Shown: positions 20,301 through 29,672 of the stretch, one piece after another
Position numbering within the stretch: the first letter of the stretch is position 1
How the letters are laid out: the number at the start of each line of letters is the position of its first letter
Source of the DNA: a virus
Taxonomy: Duplodnaviria > Caudoviricetes
Length of the DNA: 64,000 nt
Virus record (IMG/VR): IMGVR_UViG_3300044723_007907
Location: 15,657-79,656 of that record
Strand: one strand, 5' to 3'
Program-made: the position numbers and the translations under genes
Notes under the pieces: generated by a model
What the model saw: the letters and a program-made list of their open reading frames with translations, nothing else
Database searches by the model: none
What the model was told of the DNA's origin: nothing

Positions 20301-22766
20301 GGTAACGCTGGATTGTTGATCAGCACCAATTATACATCAGACGCGTTCACACCTGGTATTTTCTGGCAAACAGACAACAACAACTCAACCAAACCGAAAG
20401 GTGGTGTGTTCATGAGCATGCATGGTAGTGGTAGTCGTTTGCATTTAGGCACAAGTCAAAGTTACAGTGATGGTATTACCCGATATGTGACTATAAACGA
20501 GAATGGTCACATGACCATCAACGCTCGTGAAAACACGCAAACCTCAGGTGTTGCATTGGATATACGCGGTTGGGATAGTGAGACCACCATGTTGCGTGTT
20601 GGGGCGAGCATGGACGGAGCACAAGGCATCGGTGCTATCGAAGTGACACAGGATGGTGCATATGGTGGTGGTATGTTTTACAATGGTGATGGATCCCCTG
20701 CCTTCGCGAGCGGTGAGATAGCCGATTGGATAGGATTCTACCGGATGAATGCCGGAACGCGTACACAAGTGTTTGGCTATAGTTACAGTAGTAGTGACGT
20801 GTATTTCGAATCAGATTTATATGTACCGGATCAAATCCTTCACCGCGGTGATGGTGACACATACATGCAATTTCACGCAGAGAATCAATGGCGTGTGGTG
20901 ACTGGTGGTGGTGAGAGACTTGAAGTGAGCAACAGTGAAACCAAGGTGAGCAACACACTTGCCATTGGAGACATAAAACTCAAAGAGAGTGCGGATCGTG
21001 CTGATCTGTTGGAGATAACAAGCACCACCGGTACTTGGGGTGGAATACAAATCCGCAACAGTGGCAATGAAGGTCGTTGGAGCCTCATGACCGACGGTGA
21101 GGTTGCTGGTATATACAATGATGAAGATAATCAATGGCATATTCTCATGCAAGAAGGCGGGTACACCAAGTTGTATCATGCAAGTAATGATCGATTAACA
21201 ACCACGTCCAGTGGTGTTGAGTTCCATGATCTTGACTTGCAGGGTGTGAGAGACATATATGTCGGTGATCAGATCATCCATGATGGGGACACTAACACAT
21301 ACATACAGTTTGATGCAGCTGATAGCTGGCGGGTTGTCACCGGTGGATCCGAGAGATTTAGTGTTGATAACTCCACGATCACAGCAACACGAGACATGCA
21401 AGTGGTCAAAGGCAAGCCTGTGTTGATACTGGACAGTCCCAGTGATGGTGACAATTGGACCAATCAAGGTGCCATGATCGGTTTGGGTGAATCCGCGAAC
21501 ATATCTGGATCCGGAACAGCAGCGTTGTATTTGACATACAACGGTAACGGAAGTTCATACATAGGCACCGGTGGTGTGAACAGCACAACTGGTACGCCCA
21601 ATCAAGGATTCATAAGATTCACATACAACAGCAACGCATTGTATTTCAGCACCAATCCGAGCATCGCTGGTAACACCAACTGGCATGCCGGTAATGATGG
21701 TAGTGGTAGTGGATTAGATGCTGATAAAGTTGATGGTTTGCAAGCAAGTCAGTTTCTCAGGAGTGACACAAGCGACACTTTCACAACCATCACCGGAGCT
21801 AATTTATACATTAATAACACGAACACCAGAATACATGAAGGTAGCGGCAATGCTATACGTATACAGACCAACAGCGGATATTGTGACATAGGTCCACAAA
21901 ACACTTCACATTGTCATATATACACTGATCGTGGTAGTTTTTACTTCAACAAGACTCTGTTGTATGCAAATGGTCACACAATTTGGCACGCTGGTAATGA
22001 TGGTAGTGGCAGTGGACTAGACGCGGATCTGTTGGATGGTAGACAGGGCAGCGGATACGTGTCAACTGCCAACAACAGCTCATTGAATTCAGACACTAGA
22101 AACACACGAGGACCAACAAGACTGTTTCGTAGGGACGGTAACAGTGATTACAGTGTACAAACTCACTGGACTGGTTCTTATTGGCATTTACGAGGTTATG
22201 TCGGTGATACCTTTCATGGAGAATGTCAAGTAGGTTATGCATCTTCAGCCGGTTCAGCCAGTTCAGCCAGTTCAGCCACTACAGCTGGCACGGCTAGTAA
22301 AGTGACTGTGAACTCTAGCGACTCTGGTGGTAACACCTATAGGTTGACGTGGCACTCAGGCACTACAATGTATAGTAGTTCTCATTTCTACATATCCAGA
22401 GACAATAAAACGCTGTACAGCGCTGGTGATATAGTGGCATTCGCATCTGACGCACGACTCAAGGAGAACATCACATTGATACAAAATCCTCTTGAGAAGT
22501 TGTCAAAAATAAACGGATACACATTCAATTTCAATAAAAAGGGCGAAGAGGTCGTCGGTCAATCTCAAGACAAGAAGCAAGTGGGTGTGCTAGCACAAGA
22601 AATTGAACAAGTATTACCGGAAGTGATCGAGCCGGCTCCTGGTGACAATGAATACAAGACAGTCAAATATGACAAGATTGTGCCTCTGTTGATCGAGAGT
22701 ATTAAAGCACAGCAAGAACAAATAGACACACTCAAGCAAGAGATTGAGCAGCTGAAACAACGGTGA
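17394..22766 (+). CDS. Long tail fibre with C-terminal peptidase S74 intramolecular chaperone
   Basis: About eight G.VGIGT..P repeats; GTTAQRP module; ASDARLKENI...QVGVLAQEIEQVLPE...VKYDKIVPLLIESIKAQQ. Confidence 0.88.
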   Translation: MSHQHLPSTYFDWPARPHGLYLHDGVYNEYINYDYYAGDEIHENNVAFRGSSYISFDDTHTRWLNKTDIHMYDTSSIKLFDSGTFTMHTSASPFSRGFVVDSIGRVGIGMVHEEPHSNVMESPSFDLDVRGTVGIEDFIYHNDDTDTYMLFGADETTHYVNSIGDPNLATTTDFDEINFRVGGVDMIQMLEDDTQDHITFNKRQSDVDIITRTSTNQHAFVIRGDGSEVVVNEDGNSDTDLRVESDKSTRMLHVDSSSDAVYLHGPNDDSDILVVYGNGNDGLSGHNLFNISPTEITFNASSNDVDFRIAADNADPSQNTTDIGTDGGSQTHLTHNPNYAFFLNSNNGRVGLGTNVPDTTLHIAGSAHIEGDLWVKGNVNQVDTFVHMTSAVDITNKGTGPALTVNQTGIQPIATFRDDGRDILYIEDLGNVGFQTNNPHTSVYINDHDGIRIPVGTTAQRPVSGDYGITGDKYTADFSAMYGTIRYNHEYQTFEGFGPGNSWGSLGGVIDIDRDTFWTALNDISGSDYPGDPDALRAFVGIDNDPEGLNGQLMMTIKKDLTIIHSPDVGIGTTNPQGELHVRNMTSAPGGDPVKFILEGPEQAFGSSFPQPMGMIGFTSSESAIHHGVVDVAGIHARATKDFDTDSYGSELGFFTTNDFASSSTEKITIKQDGRVGIGTTSPEASLQVLQSTSTIAGTNLSNSRILAGTVADGIGIDSNEIVSSGSPLYIGTSSNEDVHIRTQGTTSRIIIDGATGDVGVNTNPTNKLHVYTNENKYAGYFRNDHTTAGGGILSLMPNAAASRYVAYLEGHTTHYGLYVKGDGKTGIGTNTPTGTLHIVPRTGTSSSSTTNTPLYLDTPANTVSMFIGTNSDTAGFGANSYSGNIRFNGNNTGWGDFGYYPTGGDNGEYGHFRFSRAGTNVNTTPDAKVGVGHLFVNSRAGLGTTTPLARLDIQESQNTSRATYSDAVGNAGLLISTNYTSDAFTPGIFWQTDNNNSTKPKGGVFMSMHGSGSRLHLGTSQSYSDGITRYVTINENGHMTINARENTQTSGVALDIRGWDSETTMLRVGASMDGAQGIGAIEVTQDGAYGGGMFYNGDGSPAFASGEIADWIGFYRMNAGTRTQVFGYSYSSSDVYFESDLYVPDQILHRGDGDTYMQFHAENQWRVVTGGGERLEVSNSETKVSNTLAIGDIKLKESADRADLLEITSTTGTWGGIQIRNSGNEGRWSLMTDGEVAGIYNDEDNQWHILMQEGGYTKLYHASNDRLTTTSSGVEFHDLDLQGVRDIYVGDQIIHDGDTNTYIQFDAADSWRVVTGGSERFSVDNSTITATRDMQVVKGKPVLILDSPSDGDNWTNQGAMIGLGESANISGSGTAALYLTYNGNGSSYIGTGGVNSTTGTPNQGFIRFTYNSNALYFSTNPSIAGNTNWHAGNDGSGSGLDADKVDGLQASQFLRSDTSDTFTTITGANLYINNTNTRIHEGSGNAIRIQTNSGYCDIGPQNTSHCHIYTDRGSFYFNKTLLYANGHTIWHAGNDGSGSGLDADLLDGRQGSGYVSTANNSSLNSDTRNTRGPTRLFRRDGNSDYSVQTHWTGSYWHLRGYVGDTFHGECQVGYASSAGSASSASSATTAGTASKVTVNSSDSGGNTYRLTWHSGTTMYSSSHFYISRDNKTLYSAGDIVAFASDARLKENITLIQNPLEKLSKINGYTFNFNKKGEEVVGQSQDKKQVGVLAQEIEQVLPEVIEPAPGDNEYKTVKYDKIVPLLIESIKAQQEQIDTLKQEIEQLKQR
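20829..21373 (+). repeat. Duplicated fibre module DQI.H.GD..TY.QF.A...WRVVTGG.ER (copies near 20829 and 21267)
   Basis: Two similar ~36-codon blocks, visible in protein and DNA (cgtgtggtgactggtggt / cgggttgtcaccggtgga). Confidence 0.8.
21681..22040 (+). repeat. Duplicated 57-nt fibre module WHAGNDGSGSGLDAD..DG (21681-21737 and 21984-22040)
   Basis: Direct repeat at protein and DNA level. Confidence 0.85.
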
Positions 22767-22782
22767 AAACCAAGAACTTCGG

Positions 22783-22790
22783 TATAAATA
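22783..22790 (+). promoter_or_regulatory. T4-type late promoter TATAAATA
   Basis: Exact consensus 9 nt before ATG 22800. Confidence 0.65.
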
Positions 22791-22799
22791 ATACCGTAC

Positions 22800-24128
22800 A
22801 TGTCCTGTAACAATTTAAAACCACCCACACCTCCGTCGATTGAGAATCTACCCAGCAACATCAAACCACCTGTTGGTGGTACTATCGACAAGATAAAATC
22901 CGCTGCTAGTGGCAAGGGATTAAGTTCAGCCATGAGCAACGTTGGGGGATTGGTGAGTAGTAATTTGAAAAACGCTGCTGCCGCGCTGAGCCCAGAAAAC
23001 ATCGCCGGTAAAGTCGGTGAGTTAATTGGAGGTATAGCCAACACAATAACATCAACAGTTGATGGTGTGATTGACGGCATCAGTGGTCTCAAAGGTCAAC
23101 TTAAATCGCTCAACCCTAAAGCTAAATTGTCACAGGCAGACAAATTGAAAGCGGATATCGCGAGTAAAGCCAATGGTGTTGGTGAGATGTCAGATTTACA
23201 ATCAAAATTGTCTAATGATGCATGCTCAAAAAAATATATATCACAAGCCAGTGATGTTAATAAAAGCATGACTGAATCTGCAACAACTGCCATGAAAGAT
23301 GTGTCCAGAAAAGATCGTGCCAAGATGGCAAGAGACTCAGATTTTAAACAGCAAAAATCACAAGAGATTCAAGACAAAGTAAAGGCGGACGCCACTGATA
23401 AAGCAACCGGTTCGGCTGCAGAAAAAGACAAAGACCAAATAGATGTGCAAGCCAAGACTCAACAACCAACACTAAACACAGTTAAAAAAACGCCAACCCC
23501 GGAACGATTGTTTTATGTTGATTCATGGATTTCAAATCTTGTCACAATTCCAGCAGCGGATGATAGTCCTGTTGCTCGGTGGAATGTGTATGATAAGATG
23601 TGGCGTGAGTTTGTAACCAAGCTACAAACTGGAGGAGACAAGGATGGTACGATTGAGAATGGTTATGATACTTTTCATCCAGACTTGATCATATCCACAA
23701 CATATCAATACAATCCACATGCCATTGCACCTTGGAATGAAGATCTAGACACGTTTAACATTCGGGAGCTTGCTGGCGTGTTCGCGAGACAGTGTGGTCA
23801 AACAAAAGCAGGAGACCGCTCATGGGCTGACAATCCGGATTTATCTGATCCTATTAGAATGATGGCGGTATTCAGTGCATTTTTGTTAGAAAGTAAATAT
23901 TATCCCGTAGGCGGTGCAGAGTTAGTGACGGTGAATGTTGGTGCTTATTGGATAACAACTCTAAGTGAACCTAACCCAATTTTCGGAAGATATTTCCCAA
24001 CAAGTATAGGATACGATCAACGGCGTGCACAAGAAAAGTTAGCTATTGACGCGTATAAATCAGCAGTTAAAGGTGCATTTGAAGCCAAGTACCCTTCAGA
24101 TTTACAAAATCAACTTTATAATTTATGA
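22800..24128 (+). CDS. Hypothetical late protein upstream of the spike gene
   Basis: 442 aa; S/A/K/G-rich helical N-half and globular C-half; ATGA-coupled to the next gene. Confidence 0.7.
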   Translation: MSCNNLKPPTPPSIENLPSNIKPPVGGTIDKIKSAASGKGLSSAMSNVGGLVSSNLKNAAAALSPENIAGKVGELIGGIANTITSTVDGVIDGISGLKGQLKSLNPKAKLSQADKLKADIASKANGVGEMSDLQSKLSNDACSKKYISQASDVNKSMTESATTAMKDVSRKDRAKMARDSDFKQQKSQEIQDKVKADATDKATGSAAEKDKDQIDVQAKTQQPTLNTVKKTPTPERLFYVDSWISNLVTIPAADDSPVARWNVYDKMWREFVTKLQTGGDKDGTIENGYDTFHPDLIISTTYQYNPHAIAPWNEDLDTFNIRELAGVFARQCGQTKAGDRSWADNPDLSDPIRMMAVFSAFLLESKYYPVGGAELVTVNVGAYWITTLSEPNPIFGRYFPTSIGYDQRRAQEKLAIDAYKSAVKGAFEAKYPSDLQNQLYNL

Positions 24129-26602
24129 AAACATATCCAGGAATGTATTTAGGTATAGTGATACAGAACAATGATCCAGAGTATCGAGGTCGTGTCAAAG
24201 TGTATGTACCGCACATACAAGCAAATGTATATAACAATTGGTTCAAAGAAATATCCGACAAGAGTTTTAAATTTTTAGGTAACAATATCAAAAGTGATCT
24301 AAACAAAATATTACCAGAACTCAAAACTATACTACCATGGGCAGAAAACGCCATGCCATCTGTTGGAGCTACTGGTAGCGGGCGTTACAATGCACATGAT
24401 GAGTTAGGCACAATATCAGACAGCAATCGCAGTGAAACATTAGAACCTAATAAGCATCGAACAGACGTGGAGAAAAAGTACAATTTGAACACAGAGCATA
24501 TAGGAGAAAAGCCTGGTAAAGTGTATGAAAATCACTCGACATGGACTCATGATGCATTTACTAACATTGATGACCCAGACAACATGACCGAGGACAAATC
24601 AAAACCATTTGAATCATTACCTGTAGGTGATCGTTTGAATGGAGTGAACAGACCAAACAAGTATGCATGGAGTTATCAGCCTAACACATATAGCAATTGT
24701 GCCAAGGGAAGCTTCAGTATACCGAATGTGGGAAGTCATGTGTGGGTGTTTTTTCAAGACGGTGACCCACTACAACCTGTGATGTTCGCCGCGATGCATG
24801 GGCGTGAGGATTGGAAGGGTATATATGATAGTCACGACTCACATGGTATAGATTATCCTGGTACATACGAAAACATAAGCAAGGATGAAGAGCGTGTGTT
24901 CAACAACAACACAGAGACATATCGTAACAAATACGTGATAAACCAAAAAGGTGGTACATTAGAATTCATCAACACAGACAACAGAGAGATATTGAAAATG
25001 ACACACTACAGTGGATCGTTTATAGAGATGAACAACAACACCAACATACAATTTGCATCTCATGGCAATCAAAGGCTAGTACAAGAGGATGATTACGACA
25101 CTGTACGTGGCTATAGAAATATATACACCGAGCGAGATCTAGATTATATTGTGAGAGGAGATTATTATCATAAGGTTGGTTATCAGAATTTTAATCACAT
25201 GCTGGAATGGAGAGAAGTGATGCAACCACTAGCTCATACTAAAGCGTTGTTCGAGATTCAACGTGTTGATGGTACACCTGGTCAGAACGGATTGATCGAT
25301 CAAAAGCGAGCCGGCAAGCCAGTGGCGTGTCCGGTTTGTAATGACAAGGATAGAATCAGTTATTGGCGACAACACAATACATTTGTCAAAACGAACATGA
25401 CAGACACATACTCACAATATGACGGAGCTTTTCAAGCAACGTTAAGAAATGGAGCTCAAGGTTATTTTGATCCACGTGGCAGATTTTCATCAGACGCAAC
25501 AACAGTACTGTTCACATTGAACCTAAATGTGTATCAAAGTGCAAACGATCATCTAGGCACCAACGGAATGGTGTTCGGTGAGACATGTCCAGCATGTGGT
25601 GGATCTGGTATCAGTCCAAGCAGCATGGAAGGTGAGTGGCTTGCAGAGGAACAAAAGAATGATACCAATTTTAAACAGTTGCTCGAGAGTGTGACGAAAG
25701 AACTTGCACCAATAGAAAGCAAGTTAGGGCTAGGTGGTAGTGAGGTTATAAACATCGCTAAACACAAGGTTGAAAACGTAGGTTTAGTGATGAACAATTT
25801 TCCTAGTATCCGTACTGATCCAATTGGTAAAATGTTCCGCGACAGAGTGATTGTACACAAGCAAGGAGTTTTTGTGAATCAGGGCCCAAGTCCATTAATT
25901 GAAACAGTACACGTTGACGACCTGCCAGGAGGAACAAGCACATTGAACGTAGCTAACCGGTGGAATGTTCAAGTAGGAGCTGGCGGCATCAGCATCAAAA
26001 GCTATGGTCGTGTCGAGATTAGTGGTAGCCAGATCAACATGGGTGGTGATCAAATCAATATTGGCAGTCAGAACGAAGTTAATATTGATGGTGGCAAGAG
26101 ATTGAGTATTGTGTCAGATATTATCAGCATACGCCAGCGTGACAGAGGTCAAGTTTTGGTGGATAGTAATTTAGGAGTAAGTCAAAATGTAGTTATTGGT
26201 GGTGGTTTACATGTCGAGGGTGAGTTAAGCTGTCATCACATAACCGCACCAGTAGAGATGCATGAAACTGAAAAGGCTAGAATATACAGCAAACTATTAG
26301 AAGGATTGACATTCAAATGTAATCTAAAAGGAGGTGGTCATTCGGTCAGTCCACATGGCACGGCACATCCAAGCTGGACTGGAGCAACACTGACGCTCAT
26401 ATCTGATAGTAATGATGACCATGTTGTTGATTACGGTCATAGTCACCTATTTAAGAATGCTGCGATGCATTTGATGGAGTCTAATGACCTAGTCAGAGAA
26501 ACCGGCAAGGACTGTAACCAGACAAACTATCGCGCAGACGCCAACAAGGTAGAAGTAGTAACAAGCGCTGACAAGGTCAAGAAAAACAAGTTTACTGCTT
26601 GA
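24125..26602 (+). CDS. gp5: Baseplate hub/central spike, gp5/VgrG-like OB fold plus beta-helix, no evident lysozyme domain
   Basis: YLGIVIQNNDPEYRGRVKVYVP and FSIPNVGSHVWVFFQDGDPLQPV OB-fold motifs; beta-strand-rich C-half. Confidence 0.8.
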   Translation: MKTYPGMYLGIVIQNNDPEYRGRVKVYVPHIQANVYNNWFKEISDKSFKFLGNNIKSDLNKILPELKTILPWAENAMPSVGATGSGRYNAHDELGTISDSNRSETLEPNKHRTDVEKKYNLNTEHIGEKPGKVYENHSTWTHDAFTNIDDPDNMTEDKSKPFESLPVGDRLNGVNRPNKYAWSYQPNTYSNCAKGSFSIPNVGSHVWVFFQDGDPLQPVMFAAMHGREDWKGIYDSHDSHGIDYPGTYENISKDEERVFNNNTETYRNKYVINQKGGTLEFINTDNREILKMTHYSGSFIEMNNNTNIQFASHGNQRLVQEDDYDTVRGYRNIYTERDLDYIVRGDYYHKVGYQNFNHMLEWREVMQPLAHTKALFEIQRVDGTPGQNGLIDQKRAGKPVACPVCNDKDRISYWRQHNTFVKTNMTDTYSQYDGAFQATLRNGAQGYFDPRGRFSSDATTVLFTLNLNVYQSANDHLGTNGMVFGETCPACGGSGISPSSMEGEWLAEEQKNDTNFKQLLESVTKELAPIESKLGLGGSEVINIAKHKVENVGLVMNNFPSIRTDPIGKMFRDRVIVHKQGVFVNQGPSPLIETVHVDDLPGGTSTLNVANRWNVQVGAGGISIKSYGRVEISGSQINMGGDQINIGSQNEVNIDGGKRLSIVSDIISIRQRDRGQVLVDSNLGVSQNVVIGGGLHVEGELSCHHITAPVEMHETEKARIYSKLLEGLTFKCNLKGGGHSVSPHGTAHPSWTGATLTLISDSNDDHVVDYGHSHLFKNAAMHLMESNDLVRETGKDCNQTNYRADANKVEVVTSADKVKKNKFTA

Positions 26603-26879
26603 TCAGTTTAATCTTCCGTCCTTGTTTCTTACAATAATCAGGTAGATGTTGTATAGTATCAGTCTCACGATACCACTTGTCAGCGTATCTGTCATATTTA
26701 AACACATCAAATAGAGTAACACTGTTACTATTTACGAGACCGTTTACAAATGCATAACAAAAATCATCAAACGCGCCTTGGGCGGAGAACTCAGTAAAAT
26801 ACCGCTCACCTTTTGTTTTCCATTTAGTGAGCTTGTATATTACTTTATATATTTCCGGGGTCGGTTCTTTATATTTCAA
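26592..26879 (-). CDS. Hypothetical protein
   Basis: 95 aa ORF in a coupled minus-strand run. Confidence 0.65.
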   Translation of the reverse strand: MKYKEPTPEIYKVIYKLTKWKTKGERYFTEFSAQGAFDDFCYAFVNGLVNSNSVTLFDVFKYDRYADKWYRETDTIQHLPDYCKKQGRKIKLIKQ

Positions 26880-27076
26880 TTGCGAGGTCCTAGCATGTTA
26901 CGTAACATTTGATTCTCAAAATTCCGTAAATTGATCGCTTTGGTTTGCATGTCAATTGTTTCTTGTTGTTTTCTTACTAAATCTTCTAGCTTCTCAATTC
27001 TATTGTATGCAAGCATTGTAGCTGTTATTATCAAACAACCTAAAAGAAAACCACCTATTGTTAGTTTTTGGTCCAC
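26876..27076 (-). CDS. Small membrane-anchored coiled-coil protein
   Basis: N-terminal hydrophobic helix, then heptad pattern; TAAGTA-N5-GTG upstream. Confidence 0.6.
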   Translation of the reverse strand: MDQKLTIGGFLLGCLIITATMLAYNRIEKLEDLVRKQQETIDMQTKAINLRNFENQMLRNMLGPRN

Positions 27077-27137
27077 AAAAGTACTTAGTCATTTCACTAT
27101 ATAATATAGTAAACAACTGCAATTTGCAACTAGATAG

Positions 27138-27647
27138 TTATTTAAGAGTATCGACCTCTGCTAGAAATTCCTCCATGGTAACTTCTATAAGATTGTCTTT
27201 ATCTCTGGCAATTTTTTCCAATTGTCTAGATTCGTTAATCACAGCCGCTCTCGTGGTTCCCCAAAAGGTGATTTCATACAATATACACGCTAGACGTTGT
27301 GTTAGCGTCTCACATACATTGTCTTTGATTTCTAAATCCACAAGACCATTCCAGTCTGTCATGTCAATAGCCCACTTATCACCTTCTGGATCCAGTAAAT
27401 GTACATCAGTCCAATTCTCAGTTTTACCGAATAATTGGTTATCGATATTATCAATGCCTATCACGTGTCCCTTGAGCTCATCATCACCAGGTAGATCTTC
27501 TATTTCTTGTGCTACACGTCTGTATGTCTTGAGCACTTCAACTTTACTCTTGTCATTCCACTCAGGATGTAACTCGACAATCTTCTCTGATAATTCTTTG
27601 AACTTGTCTAGTTCAATGATCTGTTGTATGAGTTGTCTTAGCGTCAT
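27138..27647 (-). CDS. Hypothetical protein (DUF6557-like by recollection of the motif)
   Basis: WAIDMTDW..L...I...LACILYEITFWG. Confidence 0.5.
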   Translation of the reverse strand: MTLRQLIQQIIELDKFKELSEKIVELHPEWNDKSKVEVLKTYRRVAQEIEDLPGDDELKGHVIGIDNIDNQLFGKTENWTDVHLLDPEGDKWAIDMTDWNGLVDLEIKDNVCETLTQRLACILYEITFWGTTRAAVINESRQLEKIARDKDNLIEVTMEEFLAEVDTLK

Positions 27648-28174
27648 ACACCAGGTTCACGTGGTGGTGCATCCTGCAACCGGCTATCATCACGTCTGAT
27701 ATCATCATCAACGGACTGTTGAAAAGCGGCCCCTTCCGGATCTCCTAGATTCACTGTGTCATTCAAGTGTGCTCTAATCTCTGAAAATGAAATATCTTGT
27801 AGTGAGTCACGGATAAATTCTTTTGCATCATCAAATGCATCACTCATGCTGTAACTTTCATAGTCTTCTGGAGTGACTAAACCTTCTGTATCTGCACGCA
27901 TCCAGCTCAACACAGCATTGAACACCATCTGTTCTGGATTCTCGCGGCCCATTGCAGAGAACTGCATGTTGTCCATCTCTTCCTGCACCTCCTCGTCTTC
28001 ATCATGTTCAGGGTCATGTGCTTCTTTGTTCATCGCTTTTTTGATTGCTTTGTCCTTGCTGCCTTGATACTCATCTTCAGAGGATTCTATCTCCCCATCA
28101 CCGTCATGATCTTTGTCAGCTTTTTTTTCTGCCATGTATGCTTCCCACAAGAGATGTTGATCTTTGTCTATCAT
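27644..28174 (-). CDS. Acidic low-complexity late protein with MIDKDQHLLWEAY leader
   Basis: TAAATA-N5-ATG; leader shared with ORFs at 31091 and 33028. Confidence 0.75.
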   Translation of the reverse strand: MIDKDQHLLWEAYMAEKKADKDHDGDGEIESSEDEYQGSKDKAIKKAMNKEAHDPEHDEDEEVQEEMDNMQFSAMGRENPEQMVFNAVLSWMRADTEGLVTPEDYESYSMSDAFDDAKEFIRDSLQDISFSEIRAHLNDTVNLGDPEGAAFQQSVDDDIRRDDSRLQDAPPREPGV

Positions 28175-28190
28175 ATTATTATTTATGCTC

Positions 28191-28358
28191 CTATATGAAC
28201 TTATACAAGATCTCTAACTGTTTTGTTCCTAAATATTTGCAGAAATATGCACAAAATTCAGCCACTTCTCGTGGGGTCCACCCGGCATGCTTGATGTATT
28301 GACCCACCTCAAAGTACATGTGGTCCTGCCACATCTCAGTTAAATCTATATATTTCAC
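28191..28358 (-). CDS. Small hypothetical protein, 55 aa (MKYIDLTEMWQDHMYFEVGQY...), missing from the ORF track
   Basis: Read by hand; GTG start overlaps the DUF1501 stop (GTGA) and the ORF fills the gap. Confidence 0.6.
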   Translation of the reverse strand: MKYIDLTEMWQDHMYFEVGQYIKHAGWTPREVAEFCAYFCKYLGTKQLEILYKFI

Positions 28359-29620
28359 AAGATTATGTCCATGATTGGTTCACCTTCATTAGCAACTTTG
28401 AACGGTCGACCACTTGGAGAGTAATGTATATCGAGTGTTGATATACCTAATAACCTAGCGATAGTGGCGTTCAAATCTTCTGGTTTTTGTGGATTTTCTG
28501 CAACACGCTTTCCGTGTTCATCACTGGAACCGTAAACTGTACCACCTTTGATACCCGCTCCGGCGAACATGGCACTGAATGCATTGGGCCAGTGATCTCT
28601 ACCATCACGTGGATTTATATCTGGTGTTCTGCCAAATTCAGATGTCAACACAACAAGTGTCTCTGACAACAACCCTCTTCTCTCCAGATCCAACAACAAC
28701 GCACCGATGGCCTTGTCTATATCAGCGCAATTGGCTTCAACTCGCGTGAAGTTGTCATCATGTGTGTCCCAGCCTCCGCGTGTCACTTCAACATATCGAA
28801 CCCGATTCTCAATCAATCTCCTAGCCAACAAACAGCCTTGACCGAAATTAGATGTTCCGTATAGTTCATGTATATATTCAGGCTCTTGTGTTATGTCGAA
28901 TGCATTGATGTCGTTACTGTTCATCAATCGAACTGCGTCTTTGTAAAGATCCGAATAAGCACGTACCTTTTTGATTGGAAATTTCTCTCGGAACTCACTA
29001 TTCAAAATGCTCGCCATGTTCAATCTCGCATCAAAATTATCATCAGTCAGGTAATCAGCCTTTTTACTATTTGCCAACCCAGCGCGTGGATTCATGATGG
29101 GCACCGGGCCGTACTGACTCTCCAGATAACCAGGGCTACCATAACCACCACCCACCTTGACAAAACCCGGTATGGTCGAGTTGAGTTTGCCTTTGAGTTT
29201 CGCAACCCAGCTACCAAATGTGGGGTGTGATATAGTTCCACGTTTCTGATAGCTTGTGTGCATCAGATAACCAGCCTGCATGTGTGCGCCTTGGTTGCTT
29301 GTAACTGATCGTACCAACGCTGCATTGTGCATGTGTTGTGCGATAGTAGGGAGATATTGTGACAATATGATATCATCAGCTGATGTGTGTATAGCTTCAA
29401 CTGGTCCGGCTTGATCAGTCCCGGGTTTGGGATCAAATGTATCAACATGGCTCATGGCCCCGCTCATGTTCAAATATATAACTGATCTGGCACGTGCCAT
29501 TAGTTTTGATGGACCTAGGTCATCAGCGTGTATATAATTACCAGTCAGCGGCAACAATCCTACACCCAAACATGTCTTAGCTAACTCGCTTATAAATTGT
29601 CTTCTTGGTAACTCGTTCAT
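28355..29620 (-). CDS. DUF1501 family protein with Tat-like signal peptide
   Basis: PRRQFI...GVGLLP; GAMSHVDTFDPKP; LLARRLIE..VRYVEV..GGWDTH; SEFGRTP.IN...GRDHWP. Confidence 0.92.
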   Translation of the reverse strand: MNELPRRQFISELAKTCLGVGLLPLTGNYIHADDLGPSKLMARARSVIYLNMSGAMSHVDTFDPKPGTDQAGPVEAIHTSADDIILSQYLPTIAQHMHNAALVRSVTSNQGAHMQAGYLMHTSYQKRGTISHPTFGSWVAKLKGKLNSTIPGFVKVGGGYGSPGYLESQYGPVPIMNPRAGLANSKKADYLTDDNFDARLNMASILNSEFREKFPIKKVRAYSDLYKDAVRLMNSNDINAFDITQEPEYIHELYGTSNFGQGCLLARRLIENRVRYVEVTRGGWDTHDDNFTRVEANCADIDKAIGALLLDLERRGLLSETLVVLTSEFGRTPDINPRDGRDHWPNAFSAMFAGAGIKGGTVYGSSDEHGKRVAENPQKPEDLNATIARLLGISTLDIHYSPSGRPFKVANEGEPIMDIIL

Positions 29621-29672
29621 TATATAATTATATATTAATTTTTACGTGTTTTCTACGTTTTATTATTGAAAG

